A stretch of 64,000 nucleotides of DNA from contig CAMBZU010000007.1 in the NCBI GenBank assembly GCA_945872355.1, positions 184 through 64,183 on the forward strand. The letters run 5' to 3'. The stretch is from Chitinophaga pinensis (lineage in GTDB: Bacteria > Bacteroidota > Bacteroidia > UBA4408). The notes beneath the pieces were generated by a model. That model saw only the letters and a list, made by a program, of their open reading frames with translations, had not been told where the DNA came from and did no database searches. Within the stretch, counting starts at the first letter, position 1; the number at the start of each line of letters is the position of its first letter. Made by a program: the position numbers and the translations under genes. Positions 59,562 to 64,000 of the stretch are shown here, one piece after another.

Positions 59562-61946
59562 TTATCTGATTAATGTAAGTGAACCGTATTTATTATATAA
59601 TTTACCTGAAAAACTTTTAGCAGCAATATGATATGTATATACGCCTTGTGGCATATCTTTTCCATCCCATTTATTATTAGTCATTGAATTTCCATTCTCA
59701 AATATTTTACCCCCCCAACGGTCGAAAATAATAAAGCTCATTTCTTCCATTCCTTGTCCTTGAATTTCCCAAACATCGTTCAAACCATCGCCATTAGGAG
59801 AAAAAGCTGAAGGAATTAATACACGAAGATCGGGATTTACCCATACTGTATTAATCACAGTATCAATACAACCACTGGTATCTTGCATCACTAACTTAAC
59901 ATCATAACTGCCGCTATCACCATAAGTGTGATCGGGGTGCAAATCTAATGAAGTAATTCCATCTGCAAAATCCCAAAAATTTATTTCTGGATATATTGAT
60001 GTGTTGGTAAAAATAATTTTATAGTCATTGTTTGGATCAGCAGTATAAATAAAATCGGCTTGTGGGTATTTTATAGTTACTTGAACAGAGGCAGCAGTGG
60101 TATTTCCGCAACTATCATTTACAGTAACCATGTATATTGAATTATTTGTAGGTGCCACTGTAATTAAAGGCACATTAGATACAACATTGGTCCAATTGTA
60201 TTCATAAGCTAAAACCCCACCATAAACTTGAACTTGCGCTGTTGCTGACTCCCCAAGACATATTTTTATTTCTTCGGGCAAGAAAGCTGTTAATTGATTC
60301 ACTTCTATTAAATTAACTTTCACTGTATCATAGCCATGCAAGATGTTACAAGCATCTGTTACCTCTACAACATACAATTGATCTACAGGTGTAATAAAAG
60401 TTGCTGTATTCCCAATAGTAAAGGGGTTTTGCCAACTAAAACTATAAGGTGGTGTACCTCCTACAGCAGTTGCTGTAAATGTAGCTGCTTGATTTGGGCA
60501 AACAATATCTTGGTCGGGGGAACCTGTAACAATAATTGGGGTTATCACTTGAACATTCACAACTACCGTATCATAATCAACTACTTGCTGGCAGGTATCT
60601 TGCACCATAACTACGTAGCTTGTTGTTACAAAAGGATTTACTGTGATTGTTCTTGAATTTCCCAGACCATTTAACCAGGTGTAATTGTAACCGGGCAATC
60701 CACCAGTAGCGCTTGCATGCAATAAGGCGGGATCACCTGCACAATGCAAGGTTGTATCATTTCCGGCATTCGCTAAAATGGCAGGTACATCAGCAATATA
60801 CATGGTTATGGTTGATACAACTGATGAACAAGCACCTCCAATTGTAGTGATTGTTATGGTATCCATCCCTTCTACCACATTATCTTGATAAGCATTTATA
60901 GTTAAAAAAGCAGATTGCTGTCCGGCTTGATAAACTAAACTATCTGCAAAATTGGTGTAATCGCCATTGTTGGGTGAACCACTAATAATAAAATGAACTG
61001 TATCACCTAAAGTGATGTCGCCAGGGCGCATCATTTCAATGGTTGCAACTCCACAACCTTCATATAAAATTGAATCTGTACCTCCAATACTTACTGAACC
61101 AGTCAATTGAACTCCTTGACTGCTAAAGCTGTTAGCCTCTAGGAAAACGTCTGAATCAAGAGAACTGTCGGAACCATCTGCTATGGCTATTCTGATATGA
61201 TATGTTAAACCACAAGTAACAGCAGAAATGGCGGTAAAAACTTTTGTAAAACCATTTAATCCAACAGTATTATTGGCCGGATTATCAATATAATATTGCC
61301 CATTTAGTGCAGGTTGTACAGAACTAATTGTAATTGGCAAGGCTGGGTTTGAATTAGGAACGATGGCAATATTTTTAGAATTACCCGAATATGGACCATT
61401 AATTCCTGGCCCACTTATAAAAAAACCAAAAACATCATTGTAGTTAGAGTTAATAAATGTTAGGTATTCATCTGACCCAAAAACATACTTAAACTTAACA
61501 GTATCTGAAGATGGCACAAAATCAAACTCTAGAACAGCTACGTCAAAAACATTACTTACATTAAAAACCTGTCCGATTAGCGGGGGTACTGAATTTGCGA
61601 CGGTTAATAAATCTGGATAATTCATGGAAAGAAAATTACCAACTCCCCCTACAAAACTCCCGGGCACAGCGTCTAAAACATTTCCTGAGCTTAATACAAT
61701 TCCGCTGTCTAATCCTATGTTTGAATTAGCGCCATTAAAATAACCAATTTGTGAATTTGAATTTGCACCTGGCGTAAAAACAATATTACTTGCAGTAACA
61801 CCTGTTCCTAAAAGTACATTATTTACCAAACTTGTTGCCGGATTAGGAGCAGTATAGGTAGTAGTATTTACTACAATCTGAGCGCTAATGCGCCCTGCAC
61901 CCAATAATGCAATTGATCCAAAGATTAGCTTGACAAATTTATTCAT
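59562..61946 (-). CDS. Adhesin-like paralog: choice-of-anchor-L-like N-domain, SprB-type repeats, PKD, T9SS type B C-terminal domain
   Basis: The N-terminal 300 aa or so parallel 56304..59546 (FDVAVLEFDFVPSSDTVKFKYVFGSDEY). The C-terminus is IPSAFSPNGDGLNDVWEI...FDRWGGKIFE...GVYTYHI. The start is placed at MNKFVKLIFGS (signal peptide). Confidence 0.8.
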   Translation of the reverse strand: MNKFVKLIFGSIALLGAGRISAQIVVNTTTYTAPNPATSLVNNVLLGTGVTASNIVFTPGANSNSQIGYFNGANSNIGLDSGIVLSSGNVLDAVPGSFVGGVGNFLSMNYPDLLTVANSVPPLIGQVFNVSNVFDVAVLEFDFVPSSDTVKFKYVFGSDEYLTFINSNYNDVFGFFISGPGINGPYSGNSKNIAIVPNSNPALPITISSVQPALNGQYYIDNPANNTVGLNGFTKVFTAISAVTCGLTYHIRIAIADGSDSSLDSDVFLEANSFSSQGVQLTGSVSIGGTDSILYEGCGVATIEMMRPGDITLGDTVHFIISGSPNNGDYTNFADSLVYQAGQQSAFLTINAYQDNVVEGMDTITITTIGGACSSVVSTITMYIADVPAILANAGNDTTLHCAGDPALLHASATGGLPGYNYTWLNGLGNSRTITVNPFVTTSYVVMVQDTCQQVVDYDTVVVNVQVITPIIVTGSPDQDIVCPNQAATFTATAVGGTPPYSFSWQNPFTIGNTATFITPVDQLYVVEVTDACNILHGYDTVKVNLIEVNQLTAFLPEEIKICLGESATAQVQVYGGVLAYEYNWTNVVSNVPLITVAPTNNSIYMVTVNDSCGNTTAASVQVTIKYPQADFIYTADPNNDYKIIFTNTSIYPEINFWDFADGITSLDLHPDHTYGDSGSYDVKLVMQDTSGCIDTVINTVWVNPDLRVLIPSAFSPNGDGLNDVWEIQGQGMEEMSFIIFDRWGGKIFENGNSMTNNKWDGKDMPQGVYTYHIAAKSFSGKLYNKYGSLTLIR

Positions 61947-62091
61947 CTGAAATATGATTAGTTCACTAATTGTTAACGCTTGCCAATTGCCATTCGTTAG
62001 CAAAATTTAACGGGTAAAAATAAAAATAAAAATTCAACAATGCAACTAATTAATATATAAAAGTTTACACTCAAATATTTCGATTAAAATA

Positions 62092-62130
62092 ATGCAAAAA
62101 AAAAGCTTGGAAAAATTAATTTCCAAGCTT
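62092..62130 (-). terminator. Rho-independent terminator of gap
   Basis: AAGCTTGGAAA / TTTCCAAGCTT stem. On the minus strand it is followed by a T-run of 9 or more. Confidence 0.75.
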
Positions 62131-62150
62131 CATTATCTTTACTTCTAACA

Positions 62151-63614
62151 CTAATAATAACGCATTCTGATTACACCTGCTAATTCCTTTGACAATCGAA
62201 TTACCTGTCGTGTATAGCCATACTCATTATCATACCAAACATACAAGACCAAACTTTTACCATCTTTAGAAACAATTGTTGCTGGGCTATCAAAAATGGA
62301 AGCACAAGGATTACCAACCAAATCGGTTGAAACCAATTCATTTGAATTAGAATATTGTATTTGTTCCACCAAATCACCTTGCAATGCTGCAGCTCTAATA
62401 ATTTCATTCACCTCATCTTTACTGCTATTTTTACTGATGTTAAGATTTAAAATAGCCAAAGAAACATCAGGTGTTGGCACACGCACAGCATTTCCTGTTA
62501 ACTTTCCTGCCAAATGAGGCAATACCTTAGCCACTGCTTTATCGGCACCTGTTTCGGTAATTACCATATTTAAGGCTGCCGAACGACCTCTACGGTATTT
62601 AGGATGATAATTATCCAATAAATTTTGATCGTTAGTATAAGAATGAATTGTTTCAATGTGTCCTCTTTCGATGCCTAATTTTTCGGCAATAACTTTTAAC
62701 ACGGGCACAATTGCATTTGTGGTGCACGAAGCTGCAGAAAAAATAGTTTCATTGGCTTCCCAAGTACCATTGTTTACGCCATGCACAATGTTTGGAATAT
62801 CACCTTTACCCGGTGCAGTTAATAGCACTTTTTCGATTCCTTTGGACAATAAATGTTTACTCAAGCCTTCTCGATCTCTTGAGATTCCGGTATTATCAAT
62901 CAACAATGCATCGCTAATACCAAAAAAAGTATAATCAATATCTTCAGGTTTATTGGCAGCTATCATTGCCACTTTGTGTCCATTAACAATTAATGCTTTG
63001 TTTTCAAAATCTTCAATCACTGTTCCAGGAAATGGCCCATGAACAGAATCTGTTCTTAATAAGTCGGCTCTTTTTGTGATATCTTCATTTGAATTGGTGC
63101 GTGTAACAATTGCACGCAATCTTAACTGCTCTCCTTTGCCAGCTTGGGCTATTAATTCTCTGGCAGCCAATCGTCCAATACGTCCGAAACCAAAAAGCAC
63201 TACATCTTTTGGCGCAAAATCGGCTCCTGTATGCTCAATAAAACTCTTCAATTGTTTATCTACAAAATCTTTAATGCTAATACCAGATGACTTTTCTAAT
63301 AGCCATTCAGCTCCTAAACGTCCGATATCGATTCTTGCGGCTGCTATTTTTGGCAAGGCATCAATAGCTAGCGCTAAGGCAAGCGTATCAGAAATATTAA
63401 CAGGCTGATTAACTACGTTGTGTGCATATTGATGTAAATTTAAAATTTCACTTGCACTTCGGTCGACCAGTTGATTACGAAATAAAATTAATTCAACAGA
63501 TTTGTCGAACCAAAGATGTCCGGTTACATTAATTAGTTTAACTGCGGCCTTTTCATCGTTAATCCAGTCACCAAGTTTTGATTCATAATCAGATTTTGCT
63601 TGTAGCGTTTCCAT
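62151..63614 (-). CDS. gap: Glyceraldehyde-3-phosphate dehydrogenase, long (about 480 aa) form
   Basis: Rossmann GFGRIGR and active site SCTTN, with an N-terminal extension of about 130 aa. Confidence 0.9.
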   Translation of the reverse strand: METLQAKSDYESKLGDWINDEKAAVKLINVTGHLWFDKSVELILFRNQLVDRSASEILNLHQYAHNVVNQPVNISDTLALALAIDALPKIAAARIDIGRLGAEWLLEKSSGISIKDFVDKQLKSFIEHTGADFAPKDVVLFGFGRIGRLAARELIAQAGKGEQLRLRAIVTRTNSNEDITKRADLLRTDSVHGPFPGTVIEDFENKALIVNGHKVAMIAANKPEDIDYTFFGISDALLIDNTGISRDREGLSKHLLSKGIEKVLLTAPGKGDIPNIVHGVNNGTWEANETIFSAASCTTNAIVPVLKVIAEKLGIERGHIETIHSYTNDQNLLDNYHPKYRRGRSAALNMVITETGADKAVAKVLPHLAGKLTGNAVRVPTPDVSLAILNLNISKNSSKDEVNEIIRAAALQGDLVEQIQYSNSNELVSTDLVGNPCASIFDSPATIVSKDGKSLVLYVWYDNEYGYTRQVIRLSKELAGVIRMRYY

Positions 63615-63674
63615 AAATTAAGTTTTAAATTAGTTTGTTTTAAAGTAATGTACCCACCCCCAAAAAAAGGAAGG

Positions 63675-63682
63675 CAAATATA
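63675..63682 (-). promoter_or_regulatory. Bacteroidota -7 box (TATATTTG on minus strand)
   Basis: 61 nt upstream of the gap ATG. Confidence 0.4.
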
Positions 63683-63774
63683 ATCTATTTTGCAATGAAC
63701 ATGGACGTAAATTATTGTTTTTTAAGACTGGTTAATTGTATTTATTACACTTAGCTTCTTGAAAACTTAAAGAG

Positions 63775-63802
63775 ATAAAAAAAGCCACCTTTGGGGCAGC
63801 TA
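63775..63802 (-). terminator. Probable rho-independent terminator
   Basis: On the minus strand, AGCUGCC-ccaaa-GGUGGCU (two G-U pairs) is followed by a T-run. It overlaps the stop codon of the partial ORF. Confidence 0.45.
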
Positions 63803-63999
63803 AAAAAAATGCTTTAAAATTACAATCTTACCAGTGCAGGAATTTTTTTTGAAGCTATAAAAAGACTTCCAAAAAGCAGTGTGTTAAAAAATAAATCGCC
63901 TACTACATTCCCTAAAAATGGGATGGCAGCAATATAGCAATTGATTAATCCTGAAAAGTTTTGCGCATAAAGCGGATTTGCAGGCCAACAAGCAAAATT
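63800..63999 (-). CDS. 3' end of a hydrophobic (membrane?) protein, 5' part outside the window
   Basis: Open minus-strand frame ...NFACWPANPLYAQNFSGLINCYIAAIPFLGNVVGDLFFNTLLFGSLFIASKK...*, followed by a terminator-like hairpin. It is not in the ORF track. Confidence 0.35.
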
Positions 64000-64000
64000 T

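Noticed and set aside
53598-62003. Treating the T9SS adhesin cluster as a mobile or horizontally acquired island.
   Set aside because: There are no integrase, transposase, tRNA or flanking direct repeats, and I cannot quantify a compositional shift without computation.

Overview
The window looks like a low-GC Bacteroidota (Flavobacteriia-like) chromosomal segment. Three things point that way: T9SS type A and type B C-terminal sorting domains, TAnnTTTG -7 promoter boxes, and genes for bshC, a split transketolase and a GldI-like FKBP. Most of it is housekeeping (mutL, secA, dapB, lepB, bshC, ribBA, ychF, parE, cca, nth, ndk, gap). Small accessory patches sit between these genes:
- an Fnr / hemerythrin / Usp / CcoI-type ATPase cluster
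- three tandem FKBP isomerases
- a YoeB-type toxin-antitoxin pair bracketed by 107-bp direct repeats
- a T9SS subtilase
- a polysaccharide-biosynthesis locus with a decayed glycosyltransferase
- three tandem giant T9SS type-B proteins

I saw no rRNA, tRNA, CRISPR array, transposase or integrase. I cannot honestly point to a clear new multi-gene system. The signals most worth a second look are listed here:
1. A canonical A_AAA_AAG -1 slippery heptamer plus an adjacent stop codon splits a YtxH-like gene.
2. About 310 bp of heptamer/octamer tandem repeats lie directly upstream of mutL.
3. A 100-124 bp MITE/REP-like element occurs three times, always just 3' of a stop codon and in the same orientation.
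4. The toxin-antitoxin unit has a cassette-like structure.
5. The type-B T9SS cargo genes have no adjacent PorP/SprF-like partner.

All calls come from reading the sequence and the ORF translations by eye. No database search was run.
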